This document shows, piece by piece, positions 1-10,500 of a DNA stretch of 37,016 nucleotides. The stretch covers positions 419,631 through 456,646 of the forward strand of contig CAZWDO010000001.1 in assembly GCA_964632485.1 (NCBI GenBank), written 5' to 3'. A program made the translations under genes and the position numbers. Within the stretch, counting starts at the first letter, position 1, and every line of letters starts with the position of its first letter. The DNA is from an uncultured bacterium. Its GTDB lineage: Bacteria; JAGOEH01. The notes below the pieces were generated by a model. The model was given only the letters and a program-made list of their open reading frames with translations, ran no database searches and was not told the origin of the DNA.

Positions 1-2452
1 TAATTTCATTAATTGCCAACGAACAAAGCGGTTGGGGGATATATACAACCGCTTGGACCTGCAACCGAGCGCCATCTGCGTTATCATTGATTACCAGCGT
101 ATCGAAAATCGCTCCCACCGACGTTGCAGCAAAATAAAGTATTATGTTGCTTGTTCGCCCAGGCTCAATAGAAATCCCACGGGAAGGGACTAATTTTAAG
201 TCCACATTGTATTTTAAAGATAGTGAATATAATTGATAAACTGCATCCCCTCGATTGCCTATCGTAAAAACGCAAGCTGTTGTACAGTTGACCACAATAC
301 GGTTCAGATTAATCGATTCCAGGAAATATTCAGGGCGCGGACGTGGTGCAAGATTGCTATTGAGAGCGCCGGGAGTTCCATATTCGTCGATGCTGTTCAT
401 CCAGTTGCTCCCCTGTAAATTGTCCAGTTCCGGCGAACGCAGTTCCAGTGAGTAGGCCGTTCCCCCGGCTCTGGGCCAGGTATCGTCAACTAAATAGTAC
501 ACAGAGTCCAGCCGAAGACCATCACTATTGACCAATACCACGGATTCTCCGTTATTGAGTAGAGTACCGCCGAATTCATGCTCCGCGGATTGCCGATAGA
601 AATTCTGAAACGCGGCCGCATCTCCCGCGATGACTATATACGAATTCGCCTCAATGCGGCTTCCCGGCGGAAAGGTATAGTCAACGCCCCCTGAAACTTG
701 ATATCCATCCAGATCAATATTTTGATTTTCGCGATTGTACAGCTCGATATATTCAAGAGTATCGCTGCCAGGATTGTCATACATGATTTCATTGATTACC
801 AATTGATAAAATGGTTGCCGGTCACGAGCGGTTCCCCGGACGATCAATTTCGCGCCTGAGATATTGTCCGCGATATCAAGCGTATCGCTCCAGTCGCCGG
901 AAACGGTTGGAGAAAAAGTTATATTAAAGTTAAGCGTTGCGCCGCCGGAAAGTGTTAATGAGGAAGGCAGATCGCATTGAAAATAGAAACCGTGACGCCA
1001 TTGACTGCCGCTAATGATATAATCGGTAGAGCCTTCATTGGTCAGAACTCCCGTAAGAGTGATCGTCTCATCGGTATAAACCGTTTGGAAATCGAAAATA
1101 GTAGGCGACCATACAGGTTGCGGCCGGGGAATCGCCACGCTGTTAATAGCGCGGGGAGTACCGCCCGGCGCTAAACTGGCGCTCCAGTTTTCACCCTGGC
1201 TGTTATCGTACATAGGTCGGTTCAATTCCAACGAATACCCCTGTCCATTAGCGGTTGAGGGCCAGGTCGTTCCGGTTTTATATGCTACACTGTCAACTTG
1301 ATTCGAATCAGCATTTATCAGTTCAATCATTTCACCGCTATTTGACAGCGTGCCGCTATTCCACTCGAAATCTGGCGCTTGACCGTAATAACCGGTAAAA
1401 GCGGAGGCATCTCCGGCAATAACCAAATAGGTACCCGCTGCCAATGCCGTACCCGGTGGGAATGTAAAAACCACCCCCTGGCTGAATCCCCACCCGCTCA
1501 AATCGATGGATTCAGCGCCATAATTCGTCAGTTCGATAAATTCAGTCGTATCGGTCCCGCTTTCCAACGGGTTATACATAATTTCATTGATTGCGACCGA
1601 AGGCGGGGCAAAAGCGCTAATTCCGCGTCCCCATAGCGGGATACGATGATCGCCGTCATTATCATGAAAAATCAGCGTATCGGGATAATATTGCTCAAAC
1701 AAGGGAGTAAAATTGATCACAAAAGAGACAGCTTCGCCACTCACGAGATTTTGGGGTAGAACGGCTGAAACACTATAGATACCGGGCTGTGATTGCGTGA
1801 TACTGTTGATGGAGTAATCTCCACTGCCGATATTGGTAATAGTTAATTCGAGCGCGCGCGTCGAATTGATTAACACCCGCCCAAAATTCGGTGGGAGCGG
1901 ACTGAATTGCGGATTGGGTTGTGGAATCAAGGGGGAGTTTATGGCTCCGGGAGAACCACCCCAATCTTTGGAAACGCTCCAACTGGTTCCCATATTTCGA
2001 TCCGCCAAACTATCATTGAGTTCGATCGAGTAATCGGCATCAAAATTTTTCGGCCAATCCCCGGTAGTTTTATATTTCACCGAATCGATAGTAATGCCGA
2101 CGGAATTTTGAAGGACCAGCGTTTCGCCGGAATTGTTCAGACCCTGACCTCCCTGCCATTGCCATGCGGTTAGAAAAGGATAGCGCGAATGCAACGCGGC
2201 GGTATCTTTCCCCACCACGAGATAATCCCCGGCGCTTAAAATAACTGACGGAAAAACATATAGGATACCCGCCGTGAATTGCCAACCGGCCAGATCGATC
2301 GCTTGATCGGAAGCATTATAAATTTCTACAAATTCATACACTTCCTGATTTGAAATTTTACTTGTTTTGTACATGATTTCATTGATATGGACCGATGCGT
2401 CAACAATTACAATAAAAGAACCGATGATAAGAAAAAAAAATATTTTACTCAT
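1..2452 (-). CDS. Secreted multi-lamin-tail-domain (LTD) protein with Ig-like spacers; partial, runs off the left edge
   Basis: Not in the ORF track. ATG at 2452 gives MSKIFFFLIIGSFIVIVDA (signal-peptide-like). In-frame INEIMY motifs have their Met codons at 2374, 1579 and 784, each followed by E(F/Y)(I/V)E(L/I), IDLxG(W/Y), LxNxGE and G(S/T)P motifs typical of bacterial LTDs. A fourth AINEI begins at the window edge. Confidence 0.85.
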   Translation of the reverse strand, partial: MSKIFFFLIIGSFIVIVDASVHINEIMYKTSKISNQEVYEFVEIYNASDQAIDLAGWQFTAGILYVFPSVILSAGDYLVVGKDTAALHSRYPFLTAWQWQGGQGLNNSGETLVLQNSVGITIDSVKYKTTGDWPKNFDADYSIELNDSLADRNMGTSWSVSKDWGGSPGAINSPLIPQPNPQFSPLPPNFGRVLINSTRALELTITNIGSGDYSINSITQSQPGIYSVSAVLPQNLVSGEAVSFVINFTPLFEQYYPDTLIFHDNDGDHRIPLWGRGISAFAPPSVAINEIMYNPLESGTDTTEFIELTNYGAESIDLSGWGFSQGVVFTFPPGTALAAGTYLVIAGDASAFTGYYGQAPDFEWNSGTLSNSGEMIELINADSNQVDSVAYKTGTTWPSTANGQGYSLELNRPMYDNSQGENWSASLAPGGTPRAINSVAIPRPQPVWSPTIFDFQTVYTDETITLTGVLTNEGSTDYIISGSQWRHGFYFQCDLPSSLTLSGGATLNFNITFSPTVSGDWSDTLDIADNISGAKLIVRGTARDRQPFYQLVINEIMYDNPGSDTLEYIELYNRENQNIDLDGYQVSGGVDYTFPPGSRIEANSYIVIAGDAAAFQNFYRQSAEHEFGGTLLNNGESVVLVNSDGLRLDSVYYLVDDTWPRAGGTAYSLELRSPELDNLQGSNWMNSIDEYGTPGALNSNLAPRPRPEYFLESINLNRIVVNCTTACVFTIGNRGDAVYQLYSLSLKYNVDLKLVPSRGISIEPGRTSNIILYFAATSVGAIFDTLVINDNADGARLQVQAVVYIPQPLCSLAINEI

Positions 2453-2510
2453 TCTTTTTCCCCTGTTCAGAATGATAAATATAACCGATTATCGGGCAGT
2501 TAATAAAAAT

Positions 2511-2539
2511 ATAATAAGACTTTCAGTTTGAATTGTCAA
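2511..2539 (-). promoter_or_regulatory. Putative sigma70 promoter of the LTD gene
   Basis: Minus strand TTGACA (2539-2534), 17-nt spacer, TATTAT (2516-2511), about 60 nt upstream of the ATG. Confidence 0.6.
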
Positions 2540-2551
2540 TATTTTTTTTCC

Positions 2552-2585
2552 AAAAAAAAAACCCGACCTAAATGAGGGCCGGGTT
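2552..2585 (-). terminator. Rho-independent terminator
   Basis: Minus strand CCCGGCC-CTCATTTA-GGTCGGG stem-loop (one G-U pair) followed by T10. Confidence 0.65.
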
Positions 2586-2621
2586 GACTTTTAACTATTT
2601 TTTTATCAATAATAACTTTAA

Positions 2622-2804
2622 ACACGCCTGGGTACTTGACCTATTGATGATTCAGAGCATTTAAAACAATTACCAGGTTTTAAAGCGGGATTTACCATCA
2701 TTAAGGAAAACAACTGTATCACCGCTTTGGATGATTACAAAAAGTTCCTGTCGATAGGCATATCTAACCGCGCCTTTATCAATTACAATTCCGCACCTGG
2801 CGCT
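2622..2804 (+). ncRNA. Candidate 6S-like (rod-shaped) non-coding RNA
   Basis: About 180 nt intergenic. Nested pairings CGCC-TG-GGT / ACC-T-GGCG (ends), ATTGAT 2643-48 / ATCAAT 2778-83 and AAAGCGG-GAT 2682-91 / ATC-A-CCGCTTT 2718-28 surround poorly paired segments. A plus-strand TTGACT (2584-89), 18 nt, AATAAT (2608-13) lies just upstream. No covariance search was run. Confidence 0.35.
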
Positions 2805-2858
2805 AAATCCATCAATCTGATCGTTACTGAATAAACTCAGCGCGAAGATTTAAGAAAG

Positions 2859-3794
2859 CTATGAAATATCAGGGGGTTGTGTTCCGGGTTTTCCTTCATT
2901 CAAATTATGAAAAAAGCGTTGCGTCGGATATGCAAAATCGATATCCGTATGGGAGGCGAATTCATTCAAAATATCTTCCCAAATTTCATGTTCCGTGGTT
3001 CGGCGGCGACGGGGATCACATAGAAACCGAAGTGTCAGACATACTCCGCTCTCTTTGACGCTGGTATAGACAATGGGAGTCAGCTTGCTATAATAGATTA
3101 AAAACCGGCGGGACGCTTCTCTCACTTTTAATTCCGCTTCTGCGGTCAAATGTTCGCCGTGCCGATTAACAATACGATTAAGTAGATCCTTGGCTTTTTT
3201 CCAATTGCTTTCGAATGTAATTGTAACGGCGATTTCATTCCAAATATATTTAAAACCAGAACTATAATTAGCCTGAGGCAAAGTGAAAACCCTGGCGTTT
3301 GGAACATGGATAACCCGTCCGGTACTTTGGTCGGCCTTGACCCAGTTGCCGATTTCCATAAGTGAAAACTGAAAGATTCGCAGATCAATGACATCCCCGG
3401 CGACTTCTCCAATCTGAATTCGGTCGCCCACTTTGAAGGGTTGGCGCCATACAACAAATAGCCCACCCGCCAGATTGACCAGAGGATCACGCAAGGCAAT
3501 TGCCAAACCGGCGGACATTAAACCTAAAAACGTCGCCAGGGATTGAATTCCCTCGAACCAAAGCCGGCCGACAATAATTATACCGAAAGTAGTTATCAGA
3601 TAAAGAGTTGTTTTGCGCCAACGGTAGCGAAACCGGATATCATTGTTCCGGCGATAAATCCATAGCAACACTAAACGCCGAATTGCCCATAACAAAATAA
3701 TAGCTATTATTGAAATAATCAACCGATGAGTCGTCGCGGCAGAAAACCCCAGATGGGTTTCTACCCAGCTATAAATTTGAGACCAAAGCATCAA
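2859..3794 (-). CDS. MscS-family small-conductance mechanosensitive channel
   Basis: N-terminal TM helices, GLAIALRDPLVNLAGG, PFKVGDRIQIG, VPNARV and DFAYPT motifs. Confidence 0.92.
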   Translation of the reverse strand: MMLWSQIYSWVETHLGFSAATTHRLIISIIAIILLWAIRRLVLLWIYRRNNDIRFRYRWRKTTLYLITTFGIIIVGRLWFEGIQSLATFLGLMSAGLAIALRDPLVNLAGGLFVVWRQPFKVGDRIQIGEVAGDVIDLRIFQFSLMEIGNWVKADQSTGRVIHVPNARVFTLPQANYSSGFKYIWNEIAVTITFESNWKKAKDLLNRIVNRHGEHLTAEAELKVREASRRFLIYYSKLTPIVYTSVKESGVCLTLRFLCDPRRRRTTEHEIWEDILNEFASHTDIDFAYPTQRFFHNLNEGKPGTQPPDIS

Positions 3795-3803
3795 TAGTAG
3801 CGC

Positions 3804-4673
3804 CTAATCAAGTTGTTTAGGGATAAAACTAAGTAACAATTCAATTTCAGCCGCCCACCGCCCTTCATCGGGCGTTTCCAGGATGAGGGGGATTTCTACA
3901 AACCGTTCATCCCTCATAATACACTTAAAACATTCTAACCCCAGAATACCTTCTCCTAAATTTTCATGCCGATCGACACGGCTGGACAATCCTTTTTTGG
4001 TATCATTCAAATGCATGGCCTTAAGATAATCCAGACCAATGATCCGGTTGAATTCAGCAAAAGTCTTTCCGAAGGCGGAAATATCACTGATATCATACCC
4101 GGCGGCAAAAGCATGGCAGGTATCAAAACAAACGCCCACGCGCCGTTTATCCCTGACCTGGGAAATAATATCGCGGATATGTTCAAATCGATAACCAACA
4201 GCGCTCCCCTGGCCAGCAGTAATCTCAATAACGGCCATGACCCGGGGAATCTTTTCCAAACTCAGATTGATACTCTCCGCAATTTTTGCCAGGCATTCTT
4301 CCTCGGAAATCTGATTGAGGGTATTGCCGGGATGAAAATTCAACATAAGTAAACCCAATTCATAACAGCGTTGCATCTCATCCATAAATGCCTGGCGGGA
4401 ACGATTCAAACCTTCTTCCTCCGGATGGCCCAGATTAATTAAATACGTATCATGGGGAAGAATATGCTCGCTCATAATTCCTAAATTAAGACATTGCTGC
4501 TTGAACTGCTCAACACTTTTTGGTTTTAAGGGAGGCGCCTGCCAACGCCGTTGGTTTTTTGTAAATAGCGCAAACGCATTGGCTCCAATATCCGCCGCCC
4601 GCTGCGGCGCCAATTCGACTCCGCTTTCCACACTCACATGGGCTCCTAAATACCAATTTTTAATATCACTCAT
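3804..4673 (-). CDS. nfo: Deoxyribonuclease IV (AP endonuclease)
   Basis: [52 protein letters not shown] and LETP motifs. Confidence 0.96.
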   Translation of the reverse strand: MSDIKNWYLGAHVSVESGVELAPQRAADIGANAFALFTKNQRRWQAPPLKPKSVEQFKQQCLNLGIMSEHILPHDTYLINLGHPEEEGLNRSRQAFMDEMQRCYELGLLMLNFHPGNTLNQISEEECLAKIAESINLSLEKIPRVMAVIEITAGQGSAVGYRFEHIRDIISQVRDKRRVGVCFDTCHAFAAGYDISDISAFGKTFAEFNRIIGLDYLKAMHLNDTKKGLSSRVDRHENLGEGILGLECFKCIMRDERFVEIPLILETPDEGRWAAEIELLLSFIPKQLD

Positions 4674-4802
4674 TATATTTCCTTAATTTAATTTTTCAAT
4701 ATTACTTAAAAAAGAACTTTCCCGGATAACGCTCGCCAGACGGTGAAAAATTCCGGATGCCGACCTACTATTCGCGAGGTATAGAACAGATGGATTCTTT
4801 TA

Positions 4803-6107
4803 CTACGGCCAGACTAAGTTGAATTGCTCGTCAGGATGCAAATGGGAACCCAAAATTGATCGGATTCGCTGGAAACGGCTGAAATACAGCCCGTAATTGG
4901 AATCCGAGTTTAACCGCCGGGTGTTGAGTATCGCCATATTCTCCTGCGCAACATAGAGCTGCTTATAGGTTGCCAAATATTTACTGAGGTTGATTAAATG
5001 AATATCACGCTTTCTCCATCGGGATGGCGAATAATAATTATTGATAGTCCAACAAGCCGTGATCACTATTTTTTCTAATGAGCAACGCTGCGAGCCGCTT
5101 TCAGAGACCCTGTATGTTAAGCGGGGAATGATCACATCACGCGAATCCCCTTCCGCGACAGGATGCCGCAGGTACTGATATTTTCGGTTTTGGTTACTGA
5201 TAAAATTACCCAGACTATAAAAAATGGCTGTCTGGCGTCCATCAGAGGTTTCATATAAATCAACCGGTTGAAGTACATGGGGATGACATACAAGAATGAG
5301 GTCCGCGCCAGCCTCCAGCAGTTCCCGGGCTTCCCGTTGCCAACGAACATCCGGATGATTCATGTATTCTGTTCCAAGATGACACAGCAGGATTAATAAA
5401 TCCGTTTTCTCCCTGGCATGGCGGACCTGCTCGCGCGCCTCTGAAAACTGATAGATATTCACCCATGATTCATGCGCATGATTATAGTTATTGTTCAACA
5501 ATTGAGTATAGGCCAGGATACCAACATTTATCGCCGCAATTTTGATTTCAACCAGACGTTGCGCTTCTTTTTTTGTGGAGCCAATGCCTGCGTAATTCAA
5601 ATTATGTTTTTTACAAAAAGTTAACGTTTCTTTCAATCCTTCCGCGCCCATATCGTAAACATGATTGTTAGCAAAATTGAAAAAATTGAAGCCGTTTTGT
5701 AATAAACCGTTAATTGCAGCCGTATCGCTATTGAGTACGAAATCAGGCTGAAAAATAGAACGGCTATAAGCGAGTGGAGATTCAATATTTATAATGGCCA
5801 GATCGGATGGAATTTGATCGGCAACTTGTTCGAACAAGTAGCTATATGCTGATTGTTTTTTTCTGGCCATTTCTTTTTGATGGTGCTGCGCGCTTCTGAT
5901 CACATCGCAGTGGGGAATAAAATCACCCACTGCCGTAATCGTCAGTTTAGTCTCTTTTTGAGGTTGTCGGGATGTGGCCCGCGAACAACATAAACCGCAA
6001 AAAATCAATCCCAGCGCGCACATGATGTAGCGGGAAAAATACATTTTTCCTTTTTTATCCATAAGGAATTCCATCCATTTTGAATTCAGAAGGATTAGGT
6101 GTTGCAT
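4803..6107 (-). CDS. CapA/PgsA-family metallophosphoesterase-fold protein, probably a lipoprotein
   Basis: AVGD, NIESP, ANNHVYD, HLGTEY, HPHVLQP and YSLGNFIS motifs. Hydrophobic stretch ending in Cys residues. The true start may be a downstream Met. Confidence 0.88.
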   Translation of the reverse strand: MQHLILLNSKWMEFLMDKKGKMYFSRYIMCALGLIFCGLCCSRATSRQPQKETKLTITAVGDFIPHCDVIRSAQHHQKEMARKKQSAYSYLFEQVADQIPSDLAIINIESPLAYSRSIFQPDFVLNSDTAAINGLLQNGFNFFNFANNHVYDMGAEGLKETLTFCKKHNLNYAGIGSTKKEAQRLVEIKIAAINVGILAYTQLLNNNYNHAHESWVNIYQFSEAREQVRHAREKTDLLILLCHLGTEYMNHPDVRWQREARELLEAGADLILVCHPHVLQPVDLYETSDGRQTAIFYSLGNFISNQNRKYQYLRHPVAEGDSRDVIIPRLTYRVSESGSQRCSLEKIVITACWTINNYYSPSRWRKRDIHLINLSKYLATYKQLYVAQENMAILNTRRLNSDSNYGLYFSRFQRIRSILGSHLHPDEQFNLVWP

Positions 6108-6150
6108 TTCATGAGTTAATGCCTGAAACAGATTGAGTTTGATTAAAACG

Positions 6151-7434
6151 TCAATCGATTAAATTCTCCCTATAGGCCACTACGTACGTGCACATGACAT
6201 CACCCGTTACGTTATTCATCGTTTCAAACATATCGAGAATCGGATTGATTCCAAGCGCAATGGCCACAATAACCGCAGTCTGCTGGTCGTTCAAACCCAA
6301 TGAGTTCAGGATAATGAACAATAACATCAGGCTTCCGCCAGGAACTCCTCCGGCGCCAATAGCCGCTAATACCGTGGTGATGACCGCCAGGAAAAGTTCG
6401 CTCAAAGATAACGGGATATGATAGAGATTCATCGCGAGAACCGCAAACATCGGCAAATGGATGCAGACCCCATCCATATTAACAGTAGCACCCAAGGGAA
6501 GTGAGAATTCCGCCAATTCACGCCTGACTTTCAAGGTGTCAATAGTCGTTGCCAAGCTTACCGGTAAAGTCGCTGCGCTACTGCGGGTAACAAAAGCAGT
6601 TACCATTACTGAACGGATATGCGAAAAAAAAGCTATCGGGGAGTGCCGTGTAAAAATAATCACTAATAATCCATAAATTCCAAATATCATCAACAGGACG
6701 GCGCCGGAAACTCCCAGCAGAATTTTCAAATAGGGACGAATCAAATCGATTCCAAATGTGGCAAAATTGATGCAGGATAAGGCTAAAATACCGATGGGCG
6801 CATAAGCCATTATCCAATCGATTATTATAAATAAGGTTTCATTGATTTCCCGAAGCAGATTCAGAAACAATGGCGATTGCGGTTCATTTTGATCCAGCCA
6901 TAACCGGTAGGCCAATCCAAAAAGAATGGCAAAGGCGATAATCGAAAGAAAATTTCCCTGGCTGAGCGCTTGAAAAGGATTTTGGAAAATATCCCCGAAA
7001 AGCTGAAACAGATTGGCTGACGGTGGCGTCACCATTGGGGCTGCTGCCTGTACCCTTTCGATCAGTTTAAGCTCCAAAGAGGATTGCCCCGGATTTACCA
7101 ACAATGCGATGGCCAATCCCACAATCGCCGCCAGCAGAGAGGTTAATAAATACCAAAGGATGACGCGCCCGCCAATTCGTCCAAATTTCTTCAAGGGTAA
7201 ACTGGCTGCCCCCTGAACAATGGAAACCAACACGATTGGGATCACGATCATTTTCAGCATCCCTATGAATAGCGTTCCCAAAGGTTCAATCCAGCGGATT
7301 ATGAGCTGCGTGTCCCCAATCAATTTTTTGGCTTGAAGATACCATAACGCCAACCCTAAAATTGTTCCCAATAAAAAAGCCAGAATCATTTTCCAGGCTA
7401 ACGAAAGGTTACGATAAGCTCTATAAATACTCAT
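6151..7434 (-). CDS. Dicarboxylate/amino acid:cation symporter (DAACS/GltP family)
   Basis: LKMIVIP, AFVTRSSAATLP, LPLGATVNMDG, GVPGG and LDMFETMNNVTGD motifs. ATG at 7434 has a GGGAG RBS; the track starts at an upstream TTG (7455). Confidence 0.93.
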   Translation of the reverse strand: MSIYRAYRNLSLAWKMILAFLLGTILGLALWYLQAKKLIGDTQLIIRWIEPLGTLFIGMLKMIVIPIVLVSIVQGAASLPLKKFGRIGGRVILWYLLTSLLAAIVGLAIALLVNPGQSSLELKLIERVQAAAPMVTPPSANLFQLFGDIFQNPFQALSQGNFLSIIAFAILFGLAYRLWLDQNEPQSPLFLNLLREINETLFIIIDWIMAYAPIGILALSCINFATFGIDLIRPYLKILLGVSGAVLLMIFGIYGLLVIIFTRHSPIAFFSHIRSVMVTAFVTRSSAATLPVSLATTIDTLKVRRELAEFSLPLGATVNMDGVCIHLPMFAVLAMNLYHIPLSLSELFLAVITTVLAAIGAGGVPGGSLMLLFIILNSLGLNDQQTAVIVAIALGINPILDMFETMNNVTGDVMCTYVVAYRENLID

Positions 7435-7530
7435 AACATATCTCCCACTAATCAATCCGATCCGATACTGTCAATTAATCCGGTAGTGATCCTATAAACG
7501 AAACAACCGTCCGGAAGAGATTTTTTCGAA

Positions 7531-10500
7531 TTACCTCGCAGGCGCAGAACTTTTAGTAAGCTTCACCCACGGCACTAAACGATCAAGCGAAGATTGTCCC
7601 TGATGCATATAGCGTGGCTGATCCTTGCTCCGGTAATCACTTTTTTCACTAAAGCCATGATCAGCGCATAAATAAAAAGAAAAACCTGTTGGAATAGGTT
7701 GAAAAAACTGTTCCAGTCGAGAAAGGGTTTCCTGAAACAGCAAAGCGAGCTCATTTTTTTCCGTATGCAGCTTTTCATCCAGGAAACCAACAATAAATGC
7801 CCGTCGATGGTGATTTCCCATTGTATCAAGGCAACTATTCAAAAAATGCGGATAATGGTAATCGCGTTCGACTGATTTAAACAATTCTATATTTAAATCC
7901 GCCAAAACAGCATAGAAGGATTGCGTAGTTGTCGGCATGGGACTGAGCAGAAAACTTTCATATTCACAAAGCCAGTGTGGAGCCGACCAAAGCGATTCAC
8001 GCAATCTTAGATAAAAATCGATCCGCAATCCATCGATCACCAGCAAATTTATTCCGTGTTCATCGCCGACCGTTTTACGAATTTTAGTCTCAAGCTGGTT
8101 GGACGCCTGATCCCACTGCGACAACTGTTCCTGAAAAAGCGATTCAAAGGCCTGGGCTTTATCAACCCGTTGCTGCCGCTGCCAGATACTAATATCGAAA
8201 TCGATTCGTTGTGTTTTCCGATTTTCCAGGTCTAATAGTTGCAATTGCAATTCATCCCGAAAAAAAACGACAGCGTTAGCGCAAAATCGGGGAAATTGCT
8301 GCCAGGAAGTTACGGGTTTAAGCAATCGGTCATGAATATCACGCAACTGGTTCAGCCAGTCGGACAGTACGTTTCGCCCTATCAGAGCCGGTAGTTTATC
8401 CCGCCGAAGAAAAAAAGAAAAATCATTCAGCAATACCACAGCCGCCCGCATTTGTAATTGAGGGAAATTCGATGCCTGGTTTATAAAATGGATCAATGCG
8501 TCAAGTTCCGCCTGCGCAAAAAAAGTACCCTCGATAATCGACTGCAGGATTTCATTCCCCAGAAAATTTTCAAGATCAAATTCCTGCGGTAATAAATCAA
8601 ATTGCGCGTTTAATTCCACCAATTCCTTTTCCCCATGGCCAATATTGAAGGTAAGAGGACTCCAATGAGTCGGAATTTTATAACTCTGCGCAAGGGAATA
8701 AAGAAACATAATAATCAATTCTGTAAATATCTCTTCGGGCGATTGCGGTAAAGCGAGAGAACGTATATACTGCTGCAGGAAAGCAGGCAGAGGTTGGAGA
8801 CTGCCAGTGGTTTCTTCTTGCTGGCTTTGCCAGACACCCGTATCAAAAGACAAAAAAGTCTCTTCGCTCTTCTGATCAATAGATAACCAATCGTCAATCA
8901 AGCGTCGCGCCTCACTATATAGCAATTTTTTCCCGGCAATTTTAGAAATTAAAGTGGATATCTCTTTAGCAACAATAACCGTTTTATCACTCAACGCTTC
9001 ACGAATTAAAGTGATAACAGGGGGAATCAGCGTCTGTAAAAGCTCAGAAATCGCCGGAGTTTCCCGCCAATTGGAATGGATTATTTTATTTAAGAGCGAT
9101 GCCTGTTGGGTTTTACCCCAATCAACCAATCGGACCTGATAGCGAACGATTTTTTGCTGAAATTCAGGTTTTGAAAAATGGTCGATGTAGCTATGAATAC
9201 TCTCCATGAGTTTACAGCGAATCGCTTCAATTTGCTCTTCCCAATCGGAAACAGGGACAAACGATGGATTGGCCTGACAAATGCAAAAAGGCTGCCGCTC
9301 TAGTTCCCGTTCCGGATCACGGCTACAGAACTGTCCGATCAACCGTTCCGTTTGTTGGCGAATATCCTGAAAATCGGGTTGCGCCGAAATTAGTTGAATT
9401 TGATTTAATCGGTCAAGAAGTTGCCACTGGATGGTTTGCTGAAGTTGCTGCAGTGCAGCCAATCGTTCCGGAGGAAACCATTTTTGATGGGTTTCACTAT
9501 AAAGCTGCCGATATAAATTTCGAAATGATTCAAAAGATTTGAACAGGGTTTGAATCATCTGCGGAGTAACCGTTTGTTTCAGTTTTTTAAATTGGTCCGA
9601 TAACTCCTCATAATCACTTTCCAGAGGCGTATTCTGGATTACCGCAAAAATCTGAGGACAGTTCAGGTAATCGAAAATAACAACAACCTGGGGGAAATGG
9701 TCATTAACTAATTCCCGGGTTTGGTGAAACTGTGTTAAAAAAAATTCAAGCTCTTCAGGTTCCTTAATGGCCGTCAGCAGATTATCCAAACCTTGCTTAG
9801 ACGATAATCCCGGCTTGATAAGGGTAATAATTGAGGCCAATGAATACAAATGGGTTAAAACATTCAGGAAACTGGTTTCGCCGAATGGAGGGGTATGCGA
9901 CAAGGTTTTTAATTGATTGATCAACCAATTCAGAGAGGGTTCATTTTGCTGCTTGAATTCAATCAGCTTGGCCCAGGCGTTTTCCTGTCCCTTGAAATGC
10001 AGTTCAGATGGCTTTATTTTCCCAATCAGAGATTTTAATTTGTCATGTTGGCTCAAAAACAATTCTGAAACCTGCGAACCGGGAGCAATACGCCGGCATT
10101 CGCGTATTTTAGAGAGCGAAAACTCATCGCTGCGCATTGCGCGCTGCTGCAAAATCAGCTCCACATATCCGGCCTGCGCTAAAAAATAGAGGCTTAAAAT
10201 TAGTTGATGATGAGAAACCCCGAAATCAGAGAATCGGCGATTACGGTATAATTCACTATAAGACGGCGTCGAGTTTTCGATAATTTTCAATAATTCGCGT
10301 AAAAAAGGTGAATTGCCCGGATTCGGATCGATCATGAATTCCTGACCCATGCTTTTAATAAGTCCCAGTTTTTCGGTCAAATTCTTGAGCAACGTGCCAT
10401 GAGAAATAGAAGCAAGAAAAAAATGAATTCCAGTCAGATTGGTTTGTATATGATCAATCAGCTCGCCAACGGTTTCGAGAGGCGGTTCCGGTGTGGCGGA

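Noticed and set aside
233-2285. Short track ORFs in 233-2285
   Set aside because: They are shadows of the long minus-strand LTD gene.
2643-2833. Stop-free frames of about 55-60 codons on both strands between the LTD and MscS genes
   Set aside because: Neither has a canonical start or RBS after the preceding stop; a structured RNA explains the region better.
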